A DNA stretch of 64,000 bases from the human T2T-CHM13v2.0 reference genome, Homo sapiens, in NCBI RefSeq assembly GCF_009914755.1, contig NC_060928.1, one strand, 5' to 3'. How positions within the stretch are numbered: position 1 is the stretch's first letter; each line of letters starts with the position of its first letter. The notes below the pieces were generated by a model, which was not told the DNA's origin, ran no database searches, and was given only the letters and a program-made list of their open reading frames with translations. The translations under genes and the position numbers were made by a program. Below, one piece after another: positions 1 through 14,554 of the stretch.

Positions 1-259
1 ATAAACAATTGAAACCTGCTGGGCTGTTTTTCTTCCCTTTAGAAACATTTGTTTCTAATTGTAAAACTAATTAAAGGTAAATCCACTCATTTCATGAAAT
101 ATAGAAAAACATAAAAATGTATAGCTAAGAAAATAAAAATCACCTATAACCTCATCTCCCAGTAATTGGTTGTTATTTGTATATTTACTTCCAGTTATTT
201 TTCTATCCCTTTCTTTCTCATCTGAATAGGTAAACTGCTTCTAGAATTTTTTTTAAGGA

Positions 260-480
260 GTATAACTTATGGTTAGAGCTCAGACTCTGGAATCCAACAA
301 AATCTGGTCACATTATGTCTTCATTTTGTAACGTTAGAGAAGTTATGTAACCTTTTTAAACCTTGTTTTTCTCACCTGTAAAATGAAGCAACAACATACA
401 TTCAAAACTGACCTTATCAGGAAGAAATGAGATCGTGCCTCTAAAATTCACAGCATGGTGCCTAACATAAACACATGCCC
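260..480 (+). mobile_element. MIR SINE fragment
   Basis: MIR-like segments 'ggttagagctcagactctggaatc', 'ttttctcacctgtaaaatgaag' and 'cagcatggtgcctaacataa'; boundaries approximate. Confidence 0.6.
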
Positions 481-827
481 CAGAAAGGTTTTGCTCTGAT
501 GATTATTACATATATACATCACATAATCACATAATTCATCAGGCTTCAACTGACCTTTACCATTTCTTGAGCATTTACTGTGCACTAAGCACTGTTCTAG
601 AACCTGCAGCTACATATATAAACAGATAAATGTCAAGTTTTTTGCTTTCATGGAGCTTACATTTCTACCAGGAGAAAGAGGCAAAAATTATGCAAAGAAA
701 AAAAGCTATTTGGGATCATCTTGTATGTAGAGTTTGTCATAATTATTTCACTAAATATTATACTATAAATATTTTGTTTAATTATTTTTAAATAGTACCA
801 CTTTAATTGTAATGCAATAATCTAGCC

Positions 828-1160
828 CAGTGATCAGCAAATTTTATAAAAGGCAGAGAGTAAATATTTTAGGTTTTGAGGGCCTAAAATATCACAACTA
901 TTCAACTATGCAACCGTTCAACTCCAGTGTAGCCCAAAAGCAGTCATGGACAATATATAAACAAGTGGTTGTAACTATTCCATTAACATTTTATTGTGTA
1001 TGGTGAAACTTAAATTTCATATGAGTCTCAAGGGTTATAGCAATATCACTAATCTTTTGATTTTTGTCAATCATTTAAAATTATAGAGACTATTTTTAGT
1101 TCACAAAATAAAAATGGGCAGTGGGCCATTTTTGGCCTACAGGCTATACATTAACCCCTA
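828..1160. mobile_element. MER58-type hAT-Charlie DNA transposon (MER58B-like)
   Basis: Starts 'cagtgatcagcaaattttataaaaggcagagagtaaatattttaggtttt' and ends 'ggccattttggcctacaggctatacattaacccct', resembling the recalled MER58 consensus. Confidence 0.65.
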
Positions 1161-2594
1161 ATTTAGTTTATGGGTATGCTGTATGTCAGTCACCATTTCT
1201 CTATTTTAGATCACCAAATTTTTGGAATGATACATTTTCTATACTAATCATTAAAAAGGTGTCCTCAAACTGCCAAATAAAGTGTTCAGCTGATAAGTAT
1301 AATTGGTTTTCAATTAATAGCCTATGTTTTTCTCCCAATTCATCCATTTCCCCTCAGCAAAATATTTTGAATGCCAACTATCGCATAAAGACATTCTTTC
1401 CTGCCCTGCTAGAAATCAGTGCACCTCAGGAAAGGGGATTTCCAGAGAACAAGAAGAAAGCATGGTGAGCAGTAAGACAGACTGAGTCACAGATGGCTGT
1501 GGTTCCTTTCCACATACAGGCCTTCTTGCTACATATACGTGTGTGTGGCCCTTGCAGGTAATAATAGCAGTCAGCATAACTCCAGATCTCAGAGCAATGA
1601 GTACTACTGTTGAGGAGAATTCCACCTCTTTTAATATAAGGCTTTTGAAAGAATTAAATGAACCTGGATGGATTTGAAGAGATGACAGAAAAATTGCCTC
1701 TGAAAACAGGAAACTGGTTAAAGCAACTTACCCTGAAGTGTTTCAGAGATGAGAAGCATTCATCTCTCCACATTCAGGTTTGTCAAAATGATGCAGTACT
1801 GGACTCTCTAGAGAAATCTCAACAAGTGAAGAGATAAAATTCTGTCACAGTGGTGAGAAAGCGGGTTTTAAAAGATATGTGGGTGTTCATGTGAATTAAA
1901 GGTTATATAGCTGTCCTAAAAAATGAGACTTGCCAGGAAAGCTTCTTTTTTTCTGAAATCTGAATATTTCCGCTGAATTTGGTGCTCTCCCAAGTCGTTT
2001 TTTATTCAAAAGCACAAAGAAGACATTCTTCTGAGAAGATGAACATGAAAATTCACTTAGAATGAGTGCTTTACACAATCTTCTTTGTCTAGATTTATTA
2101 AATGCCCTTCACTTTGAGCACTGGCTGAGCGGTTTTGTGGAATTATAGGTGAATGCTAAGCATGTTGGGTGGAGCTATGAATGTCTGTGAGCATTTGTCA
2201 CTGAGCAAAAATAAGAAGAAAAGTCTTGAGCTCTGAAATCAAAAGTTCTTTCTCTTGCACGGGCCATGTTCCAAGACTCCTTGTGAACAAGATAAAAAGC
2301 AAGTGACAGTCCAGCTCCAGTCCTTCATTAAAAACAACTCTATAATACCCATTGAAGAAAACAAAAGCCAGTCAAACTTGAGTGGCATCTTTGTTATAGG
2401 AAACAAATTCTGTTGGGCCCCATCACAACTGTCAACAACGCATTGAAGGAAAACTTTAATGCGAAAAGAAATAAACCTCCATAAGGTTTTCATGATTTTT
2501 AAAAACAGTAGGTGGGGAGGTAGGAGTCTGTAGATTACATAGGCATAGATTTTATATGGCCAAACAAGTCCTGAATCTAGGGACTTGTCCTGGA

Positions 2595-3535
2595 GCAAAT
2601 TAAAACCACAATAAGATATGACTTCACCCCTGTTAGAAGGGCTATGATCAAAAAGACAAAAAGATTACAAGTGTTGGTGAGGGTTTGGAGAAAAGGGAAC
2701 CCTTAGCACTGCTGGTTGGAATATGCATTAATACAGCCATGATGGGAAACAGTATGAAAGTTTCTCAGGAAACTAAAAATAGAATTACCATACTATCCAG
2801 TAATCCTAATTCTGGGTATCTATCCAAAGGAATTGAAATCAGTATGCCGAAGAGATGTCTGCACTCCCATGTTCACTGCAGCACTACTTATAATAGCTAA
2901 GATATGGAAGCAACCTAGGTGTCCATCATCAGAAAATGGATAAGAAAAATGTGTTTTGTTACGTAAACATAATGGAGTACTATTATTCACCCTTTAAAAA
3001 GGGAGAAATCCTGTCATTTGTGACAACATGGATGAAACTGGATGACACTATTTTAAGCAAAATAATACAGGCACAGAAAGACAAATACTGCATGACCTCT
3101 CTTATATGTGGAATCTAAAAAAGTTGAGCTCAAAAGTAGAGAGTAGAATGGTGGCTACCAGAGGCTGGGAGAGGGGGTTAGATGGGAAAAGTGTTGATCA
3201 ACAGGTACAAAGTTTCGGTTAGACAGGAGGGATAAGCTTTAGTGATCTATTGCACAGAATGGTGACTATAATAATAATATAACGTATATATCAAAATTAC
3301 TAAAAGAATATATTTACAATGTTTCACCCAAAAAAAATCATCCTATGATTTGAAGAAGCCTAAAAAATAAATTAGTTAAAATTTAAATTTAAAAAAATAA
3401 GTAAGGTGATGGATTTTTAAATTAGCCTAATTTAATAATTCCACATTGTAAACATATATCAAATAATCACATTGTGCCCATAAACATATACAAATATTAT
3501 TTTTCAACTTAAAATTAAATTAAATAATAAAAAAG
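2595..3535 (+). mobile_element. L1 (L1MA-type) 3' fragment: ORF2 end, 3'UTR and A-rich tail
   Basis: 'caaattaaaaccacaataagata', 'ggagaaaagggaaccc', 'catggatgaaactgga' and 'gtacaaagtttcggttagacaggagg' are typical L1M 3' sequence; the ORF at 2936-3118 is L1 ORF2-like. Confidence 0.85.
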
Positions 3536-4059
3536 AAACAGGTCTCTGCGTGATTCCAAATATGTTTCATATATTTATTTATCTAACTGTTTTTCACTTC
3601 ATAGTTTGTTTTCTCTAGGCCTAACTGAGTTAAAATAATCTCCATACTTCCTCAGGAGTTAGCTAAGTGTGAAGTCAAGGAAGCAGGAAAGGAGAATGTC
3701 TTGTGACTTCATTCATCACCAACTACCTAAACAACTTAAATCGCCAGTTCTCCTCTGAAAACAAGGCATTCTTCTTTGTTCTGACAAATGGGCAGGAACT
3801 TCTGCTTTCTAGGTCTGCCCTGAACTTCTGCTGTATAAATGGAAACTCCAAGACTCTTCCTGTCTCAATATTCCACTTTAAAAAACAGGAATCAAATTTG
3901 ACTTCAGAGGGTGGTGATGATGTGGTCACTGTGCCAGACTCTACAATCACATTTTGCAGATGAAATCTTGGTCACATCAGGGTGACTCAGTCCTGGGCGA
4001 TTTAGCCTTTGTTAATCCAGTTAAAGGAGCCACGAATTCCTGACCTCAGTGATCTTCTT

Positions 4060-4620
4060 ACTTCTTACAGTGCAAAGCCCATGACATCACTCCCTTTCTT
4101 CAAACCCTTCAGCGACTCCCTATTTTCTGCAAGATAAAGTCCAGGCTCCTTGCAGGACATAAAACACACTCACTCTCCACTTACCACAGCTTAACTCACA
4201 TCGTGCCCCTAAACCCTAATCTGTTGTTTTTCCGAACTATTTGCAATTTCCTGAACACACTCTGCTTTCACACGTTTTTCATAGTCTATTCTCTCTATAC
4301 TTTCTGCACCCATCCCATCTCTCACACCACCCACAGTGACTTTTAAGAACCAGTTCTGGCATTACTTCTTCCAAAAGTATTTATAATTTCCCACTCAACC
4401 CCCTACATACACATTCTAGGTTAAATTCTCCCTCTCTGTGCCTACAGGGCCTCCTAAAAATATCTCCATTGAGGTTTTTATCACACATTTTTTGTAAGGT
4501 AGGTTTGCTTCACTGTCTCCTGTCTTCCAAGCTGAGAGCTCTGAAGAACAGAGACTACTTCTTAGTCCTCTGGATCTCCAACTTTTGATGCAGTGTCTAG
4601 AACAAAGCAAGCACTCAAAA
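4060..4620 (+). mobile_element. L2 LINE fragment
   Basis: 'tcactccctttcttcaaacccttcagcgactcccta...gataaagtccaggctcctt' and the 3' end 'gcagtgtctagaacaaagcaagcactcaaaa'. Confidence 0.55.
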
Positions 4621-5506
4621 ATTCTGAGTGCATTTTTTCAGAATCCCCCAATGTTCATGGATAGCTCTTAGAGTCTAAGGAATGGTCCATGGACCCAGAA
4701 TAAAAATTTGCCTGGCATGACATCCTAGTAAGGTGTAATTTCACTGTCTTCACTCAATATGAATTGGGAAGGATTAGAGAAACACTTGAGACATAGAGAC
4801 AGGGATGTGCAGAGGTTTTGATGCCCTCATTCTGTCCAGCTTGTGCTCAACTATCCACTCCCATGTATCTCTTATATACTGGGACGATGAAAATAGGGGT
4901 GGTGGAAACACTACTGCCTCTCTCCTTCTGACCCCAGATCACTATCATGAAAAGGGGAACAGTTAGGCATCATGGCTACATTCAGGGATCAGGCGACAAG
5001 GCAATGGGAAAAGTGGTTGCAATCTGGATGGATGATTAACTGGGAAAGCCCCATGCTACAGTCATTGGACGCTCACACATGATGTGAAGGGATAGCGGGA
5101 GGCAGTAAGGCACAGCTTTGAGGAATGAGGCTGAGTCCTCTTGACCCATGTCTGTATCCCAGCCCTACTGCACGCTACCTGTAGGCTTTCAGGGAACATA
5201 TATTATTCTTTCATCCTCAGTTTCCCCTCAGGAAATGTGTACAAGATTATCTGATGTAGGGGACTGTTGTGACATTTAATAAGATAATGGATGCAAACTG
5301 CCTAGCACTCCACAAATAAGAGATCTCGTTATTATCCACTATAAGCTCCAAGGTCCTTCTTTAAATGAAAATTTTAGGTGCCCATTTATTCTACTCAAGT
5401 AAACATCAATCTGGATAAACCAACTAAGAAAATCTAAAGAAGCATATCATAAAGAGCTACATCAGCTTAGAAATGGTATGAAAAAGGTAGCACTCAAGAG
5501 TGTTAG

Positions 5507-5799
5507 CTGGGCACAGTGGCTCACGCCTGTAATCCCAGCACTTTGGGAAACCAAGGCAGGTGGATCACGAGGTCAGGAGTTTGAGACCAGCCTAGCAAAC
5601 ATGGTGAAACCCTGTCTCTACTAAAAATGCAAAGATTAGCCGGGCGTGGTGACAGGCACCTGTAATCCCAGTTACTCAGGAGGCTGAGGCAAGAGAATTG
5701 CTTGAACCCAGGAGGCAGAGGTTGCAGTGAGCTGAGATCACAGCACTGCACTCCAGCCTGGACGACAGAGCAAGACTCTGTCTCAGAAAAAAAAAAAAA
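5507..5799 (+). mobile_element. Full-length AluS (Sg/Sc-like)
   Basis: Dimeric Alu with poly(A) tail; 'ggatcacgaggtcagg' carries the 2-bp deletion; TSD aagagtgttag at 5496-5506 and 5800-5810. Confidence 0.95.
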
Positions 5800-6349
5800 A
5801 AGAGTGTTAGTATGCGTTAAGCAATGTTATATTTTATACATATTAACTCATTTCATTCTCATGACAACTCTAAGGTAAGTAATGTTATCATCATTGTTTT
5901 TATTGTCATTATCCCTATTATGCTAATAAAATATAAAGCACAAAAATATTAAGTAACTTATCCCAGGTCACCTAGCTAGCAAGTGGCAGAATCAGAATTC
6001 ACCTGCAAGGAGTCTACATTGCCCGTCCACACCCCCAAACACAAAGCTATTTAAATTACAAACTGTACCACTTTTCCCTAGTATCCGGGGCAGTGCCTCA
6101 CACATAAAAATGCTACTGAATTGAATTGATTACAAACACATTGGAACTGTAACAATTCTTTTTTAACTTAGGTAAAAAGAGCTATCTAGCACTCCTGCAC
6201 CTGTGTGGTCCTTACATCAACTCAGAGACAGCAGCAGATTCACTCCCACTGAAGAGCCCACCTCCTTGAGCTTGGGAAGGTTCTTAGTGAATCCTCACAT
6301 CGGTGACTGGAAGATTTCCTCCAGAACACTGAACTCACACATGGCCCTC

Positions 6350-6460
6350 TAGTGTCAGTGCCACGAGAGCAGAGATTCCTGACCGTTTTGTTCACTGATG
6401 CAGCCCCAGTGACTAGAATAGTGGCTAGCACATAGTAGATGCTCAATAAATACATGTTAA
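6350..6460 (+). mobile_element. L2 3' end
   Basis: 'ttttgttcactgatgcagccccagtgactagaatagtggctagcacatagtagatgctcaataaatacatgtt' is the L2 3' terminus. Confidence 0.7.
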
Positions 6461-9400
6461 AGGAAGAAAAGATAAATGTGATCCTATAGAAGACAATAGA
6501 TTGCATGGAGTTAAGGCACATGCATCTTTTATGCTGTGGGTACTGTGGTAACCATTAATCACCCCTTTTATCCCAGCAGAGTGTGGGACCAAGGACAAAT
6601 TACAGAAGCACAGCAGAGAAGGTTGCCCGGTTCCCCGTTTGCCTATGAAGTTATGTAGTGAGCAAATAAGAGGACACTGGAGCACAGCGCTGCTTAGAGC
6701 CGAGGCTCAGTAAACTTTTGTTCACTGATGAATGAATGTATTAAGCTGACCAGCTCAATTTGATTCATAAAGAAATAGCCTTAGGGCTTTTCTGAGGAAG
6801 AACACAACATACTTTCAATCCAACTTTTTAAAAAATAAAACATGATTACACACTCCTAAATAAATATTTTCAGAAAGTTTGCCTATATGTCAAAGATTTC
6901 TAGGATTTGGAAGCCAGTATGTTCGCAAGTTGTGAGGACATCTGTGTTATTCTCAACACTCCCTGCAAAACGACTGTGTCCTTACCTGAAAGCCTGAAAC
7001 AATATAAAATGCAAAGCTGACATCCCCCTGCCTCGGCAACTGCACTTTCACCCAGAACTCACAGTGCTGCTCACATAGGCTTGAAAAGAGAGTGAAAAAC
7101 ATACCATATATTTCTCCTACTTTATAATACGAAGAGGCAATACAAGTTGGAAAACAGTGAGCAACTTGGGATCTACAATGAATTTAAATGGAAGTGTGTG
7201 GGGTGCCTGCAGTTTGTCAACTAAGCAGCATTGACATACAGAATTCTTGGAACTAGGCTACCTTAATTCAGTCTGACAGCTTTGTGGCAATAAAACAGCA
7301 TCCTAAAAATAAAGCATACATAATACATCTTCCATGCTGGGCATGAAAAATAGTACAATGCTTAAATGCTACCAAAATGGTGTCCCTCGAGATTCATTCA
7401 CACTACTGTGCAGACTACAGGGGAAGCTCTGGCAAAGCTGCTAAATCAAAGATCACAGAACGGTGCTTGGTTTTCTCTTTTTTTATTTTCTTGATTTTTA
7501 CATGGACATAGTCTGCTTTGTCTAATGCTAGATAAATACTTTAGGATATTTTCACTTTTTAAATTATCGAAATGTATCAGGACCACACAGTATCTGGTGA
7601 CTTTTATAATAATTTGAGACTCTTGCAAGGACAATTTGGCAGAAAACAAATATGTTCATCACATTGATACACATGTGATTGTTTATGGTAAACAAGAAAA
7701 TCTGGTAAGCACTGGCACCTTGGTTTGCATTAAAAAAACTTGTAGCAGTGTTCATAATGATACATCAATACTGCACTTGAGTAAAAATATTGTCAATGTT
7801 AGATTATTGAATAGAAAAAAGAAATTAAATAGAAATGTTGGCATAGTGGTAAAATCAGAAACCATCATGCTAAAATTTGCACATTTTTGACATTATCCCA
7901 TAATTGTAGTAAGTTATATTTGTGAGGTAGTGTGGGTTAACAGAAGCAACGTGAGGAAACTTCAGTGTCAGAGACAGAATTGGGCACAAATTCCAATTTC
8001 ATTGCTCTCTAGGTAGGTGACGTAGGGCACATTTTATAAGCTCACTGAGCCTCAGGATTCCCCTATTTAAAATAAGAGTAATATCTGCTATGTAAAATTG
8101 TTAGGTATGTATAATAGACAACACACATCAAATACAGTGTGTATACTATGTGATACATCACACTAGATTCTTTGTCACAATTGAAAAATACTTCATTATT
8201 GCACACAAACATTTTAAGGCCCTTTGATGCTATATTTTAATTCATTTTAAGACTTCCTACACAGAAACATACAGGACGAAAATCTGCTCCAGTGGTAACT
8301 GCTGGATCTTATATTGTGGCACACTGCTGGCTCTGCCTAATTAATTACTATCTTGCCCTTCCTCAAGTGCACCCTTCTCATTTTCTAGGATATCTTGGAG
8401 CATAACCTGTCAGAAAATAGTCTGTTATAAAGTACAATACTAGTAAGTCCACTAATTTCACACATCTTTTTGTATTTAAGAAGAATCATCTAGAACTCAT
8501 CAAGTCACACAATCAAGATCTTGTCCCAGATTAAACTGAGCTAGCTGATTGGATCACCCACACCAGTCCTGCCAATTTAGAAAAAACCTAAAGATGAGCT
8601 TTATAATTGGAACTCTTTGTCATTTGATTAAATCAACAGAGAGCTTTATCTGAAAGGCTGGGGCAGGCAGATCATTCAAATCACAGCATTTGATTCCTTC
8701 TTACATCTCCCTTTTCACATCACATATCCATTTCATAATTACTTTGGGCCTCAACTTCCATATTTGTTAAATGTTTGTAAGAGTCCCCAGGCATAATGAC
8801 ATCTGGGTGCAGCTGGTAGAATTTGTATGAGGATTTAATGAAATAATGCAAGCACAGTACTTAGAATGGTACCTGGTATATATATCTAGGAAAACTCAAT
8901 AACTCTTAGCCATGGTTAAGGTTTTTTTGTCTCCTTGAGGAAAAAAAGGAGGTTCCCATGGCTATATCTGTGCATCAGTGTATAAGTCATCTGTTTCATT
9001 ATATTTATATATTTAGTTATTTATAACTAAACTTTCTAGTAGGCTGTGGTGATAGAGAAAGACGATGTACCTTAGGGCCCCCTAAAGGATTTGTTGAGGG
9101 ACGCAGATTTATGAAAAGAGAAAAGACTGGAAGTTAGAAGACAAAAATTTTTGCTGGACAACTAACTCATCACATGACCTTGAGCAGTCTTCTTGCCTTT
9201 CTTTCATCTCTAAAATGAGGTTTAAAAAGTCTACTGCATAGGATTCTCAGAAAAATTAACTAAGACAACTTAAATATCTAAATTCAACTTGCAACACAGA
9301 CTAACCACTTTCTTGGTGCCAGATATAAATTTATTTTTATAAACATTAATCAAAAGTCAGAACAGAAACAACATTTAGGGTAGATTACTTACAGGCTTTG

Positions 9401-9779
9401 CTGGCTTCTCACTCTCTCAAATATTAAAAGATCTACTCCCAGACCAAGCCAGGTCATCAGAGAAATATATACCTAAATTAAATCCTATTGTTCCTCCTGC
9501 AGAAAACTCATTATCGAATTACACTAGAGTGTGATGCCAACACACCACACTGATAGTTCTCACAAGAATAAGCCCTGTAAACCTTTCATTTGCATTGTAA
9601 GGAGGCTACCAAAAACATTTTTTATTACCTCCACAATGAATTCCTTATGAGATCCTCCAGGAGAAAGCCCAGCCTGGACTTAAGACTAAAAATGTTATTA
9701 CACGTCCTAAGTATTAGAAGCTGGTGGCTTCCAGTATAGTTTTACTGTTTAGAGTCCAAGGAACAAGCAATGAACGCAT

Positions 9780-9985
9780 TCCTTCATTCATTCAAAATAT
9801 TTATTGAGCATCTACTATGGGCCAGACTCTCTGCTAAGATCCAGAAATGCAATTCTAAAGAAAACAGGAAGTATCTTTGCCTTCACTGACCTAGAGAGTA
9901 GTGGGAAGGAACAGATGATTAAATAAATGATTATAATACAAATATGTATTATATAATATAATGATATAGAGCAAGCTGAAAAAGA
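9780..9985 (-). mobile_element. L2 3' end
   Basis: 'ttcattcattcaaaatatttattgagcatctactatgggccagactct' is the reverse of the L2 terminus. Confidence 0.7.
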
Positions 9986-10699
9986 TGCTGGGTAACTAGG
10001 TAAGATCTGTTGCCTCCCTGGGTGGGCTGCAAGGCTCAAATAAAGTCAAACTCTGACCAACAGAATAGCAGTGCCCTAGAAGAAAGCTACACGCTTCCGT
10101 GGAAATCAGGGAAGAAAGACACAGTGAGAAAAAGACTAGAAATAGGTGGATGGGTAGAGATACTGAGAACCTAATGCTGTCTATACCATGACCAGAAGTG
10201 GTCTATTTATGTACTTTGCAACACTGTAACAGTCTGCTTGAGTAGAATTACATTGTGTAGAGTATTCATAACTATATGAAATCATTTCATGAGCCCCTGG
10301 AGAAACTGGCCTGACTTTGTGACTCTAAATGACTAAGTAGAAGAAGGTATCAAAGACAGAATGTTGTTTGAGATATAATCTTAGGGATTTTATTTATTAA
10401 ATTGAGTCATATTAGTATAGCTTTATTAGTTTATTTCCATCACCACTACCATATGAAAGGAGAGAGAAATATCCAGGCTATATTGAGATCATAAACCCCG
10501 CCTTCAAATGAATTTTTGTTCTCAAAGATGCTGGAAATTCAGAGCAAAGAATTAAATATCTAAGAGGGATTGGGATTACAAAAGTTTAATTGAGCAGTTT
10601 TAGTCATAGTCCTATCACGTAACGAAGTAACACATGAGACTTGGAGATTATGTGAGGAATTCAATGAACTTGGTACCTCATGTGCTTGGTACAATAATA

Positions 10700-10930
10700 A
10701 TAATAATAACCAATATTTATTGAAGGTTTATCTTGTGGCAAATACTGGTTCTAAGTGTTTTCCCTGTATTAACTAACAACAATCTCATATGGTAGGCAGT
10801 ATTGTCATTTTACAGCTGAGGAAACTGAGGCATAAAGAGACATGGCAACATTTCCAAGTCGTATGATTGGTAAGTTCAAACCTAGTCAGTCCAACTCCAC
10901 GGCCCAGGCTCTTAGCCACTACTGTATTCT
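10700..10930 (-). mobile_element. MIR SINE
   Basis: MIR core 'cattttacagctgaggaaactgaggcataaagag'. Confidence 0.7.
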
Positions 10931-11199
10931 CCCAATACAGTAGTCTAAGAGCGTCTAAGGGAAGCTCAAAGGACATATCAGAGAACTCTGCCTCAGGATA
11001 TACACAGGAGTTCATCTTCTCCTCTCTGGGGCCTTTATGACATGAAAATGAATGGGATTTCAGCATAACAAGGGGGATCCTGTGCTCTACTCTGCTCAGA
11101 ACAGTCAGTGTGGGCCTGTTGTCCCAATGCCCACCAGCATCTCCTTTCACGCCACACGGTTCCAGTTTGGATAATAAGTTACATATTCACCTAAGTCCA

Positions 11200-11440
11200 G
11201 TGGCTAAGAAGTTATGTTCTGAAGTTTGCTGGGTCTATAGTCAAAACCCAGCTTAGCCACCTACTAGCTGTGGGAGTTGAGGCCAATTACTTTGTCTCAA
11301 TAAGCCTCAATTTTCTCATCTACTAAATGGAAATAATAATAGTCCCCACTTCATAGCATTGTTATGAAAATTCTAGGAGCCAACACATATGAATCAATTT
11401 GTATAATCCTTAGCAAATTGTGGGCACCCAATAAAAATTC
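11200..11440 (+). mobile_element. MIR SINE
   Basis: 'tcaaaacccagcttagccacctactagctgtgg...gcctcaattttctcatctactaaatggaaataataatagt'. Confidence 0.7.
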
Positions 11441-12598
11441 ATTTTTATCAACATTAGATTAAATGTTTGAGAAGGTTTCTTACATTGGCATAACTGTGGT
11501 GGACTGCTTTATAAACTTGAGACATCAAAGCATACCTGTGAATCTGGAGCACTTAGACAAGAACCACCATCAGTAGGGAATGTCCAATTTTTCTAAGTAA
11601 ATCACTGGTACTTCCAGGGGTATCCATTTTAAAATGAAATTATAATGCTAAAGCCATTGGAAATGCAGTTGGGTCTCAGCCACTCCCAGGGATTTTAATC
11701 CATTCCATTCTAGGCTCCCTGGGAACCTCACTGAAATGCTAAATTTCATGGTAACATGGAGAAAGTTAAGTATCCTTTCAGCTTATAATCTCTTTGGGGT
11801 ACATTTTAGCCTCTTGGGCCAATCTGGATTCAAAGTTGTAACTTCTGGCATCATTCTGCATTCAAACATAAGCCACTGACTCACTGTACTTTGTATTCGA
11901 GCCCTGGAATAGCTTTAATATTCAGAGAATATCCTTTATATGGCATGGGCATGACCGCAGACCAGTCCTTTTGCTGGCAACTGCAGTAACTGGCTACATG
12001 TGTTAGAACCTGCCAAAATGTTTGTCACCCAAGACGGGAGAATCTTGAAAGACAGACTCAATAGATCATAGTCAGGGGCTTGATAAAACCACACAGCTAG
12101 TTAGTATACATACTGAACAAATCACCAATTTTTGCTCATTCTTTTTATTTGTTAAATAAAGAGGTTAAATCCATTGAAAAAAAAAGGGGGGGTTAAACCT
12201 AACACGGTCTGGCTCTGCGCGGCTTAAGAAGATTCCATCTGCTCAAGAACGATAACCCGCTTCCCCCTTACTTTTAAAAACTTCTACTTCCTCCCATAGT
12301 AACCTATTTAATAGTATGCCTGACTGTCAGCAAGTTCTTTGCCTCCAGCCTAGCTTCCTCTCCTCATCATGCAAATTGCCGTTGGCTTTAATTAGATTTA
12401 ATAAGCCACTGGGAAGTGAAGCGAGGGAAATGGAGAGCAAAGATTATACAGTATGGGCTTACTCTTGCATGTCCAATACAGCATTTCCCTGGAACTCTCA
12501 TATCCTCCCAGGCTGGGAAAATAAAGAATGCCAAGCGCATGGAAAGACACGCTGCTGCTGCTGCTGTCCAAATGTGAACCGTGGGTGGAGAAAAATCA

Positions 12599-13815
<1,217 letters not shown>

Positions 13816-14370
13816 CTGGGAATGAATGGATACAGAGTTAACTGAGTCACAATTTCAAACCATTTAAGTTCCTCTACAAGAGTCAAGAAAAAAAGTAATC
13901 ATTTCCTTTCATAAATATCACCACTAAATGTTTTTAAAAATAAAATTTAAAAGCATGCAAACGAGATAGATGTATAGATTTGATAGTCACTTGAAAGTAG
14001 TGAAAACAAGCCACAAAAATCCAAGAGTGTTTTATAACTTGTACCTAGAGTCATTTAAGTTGACTCTGAAGCAAAAGCGTTAAAATGTGACAAACCTGGG
14101 CTTTTCCTTTTTGAAATTCAGAAAGAACTTAAGACAAGTAATAGATAATTTTTTAATACTCTATACCTATACCATTTTTATTTTTTAAAGTCCTGAATTA
14201 ACTAAGTACAAGCAGCAAGTATTAACAATAAAATTTAGAAACATATTCTCTTAGTCTAAAGGTACAAATTGTACTTCATATTAATAATATGTTCCATTAG
14301 CTTACATTGTTAGTATAATACAAAGCCATAAATGTCCATATATCTTGGAAGCAGTTGCATTTATTCTGTT

Positions 14371-14430
14371 TCTCTCTCTCTCTCTCTTTCTCTCTCTCTC
14401 ACACACATACACACACACAACACAACACAA
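14371..14430. repeat. Compound (CT)n(CA)n microsatellite
   Basis: tctctctctctctctctttctctctctctcacacacatacacacacacaacacaac. Confidence 0.9.
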
Positions 14431-14554
14431 CTCTGACTGCTTTTTATTTCTTTTCTTTCCACCGAAGTCAGCTGAAAGAAAATAAAAGCATCTCTAGTTC
14501 TGTTTTTTCACTATTAAAAAGAAAAAGAAGAAACTCGTAAGCAACCTTACTTAC

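Noticed and set aside
2685-3118. ORFs resembling reverse-transcriptase-element proteins (also 48534-48737 and 49914-50114)
   Set aside because: Degenerate L1 ORF1/ORF2 remnants with stops and frameshifts; no intact retroelement.
5521-5751. Alu-derived ORFs (also at 28043-28373, 45224-45457, 47308-47496, 51698-52081 and 61097-61395)
   Set aside because: Typical Alu translations ([16 protein letters not shown]); not genes.
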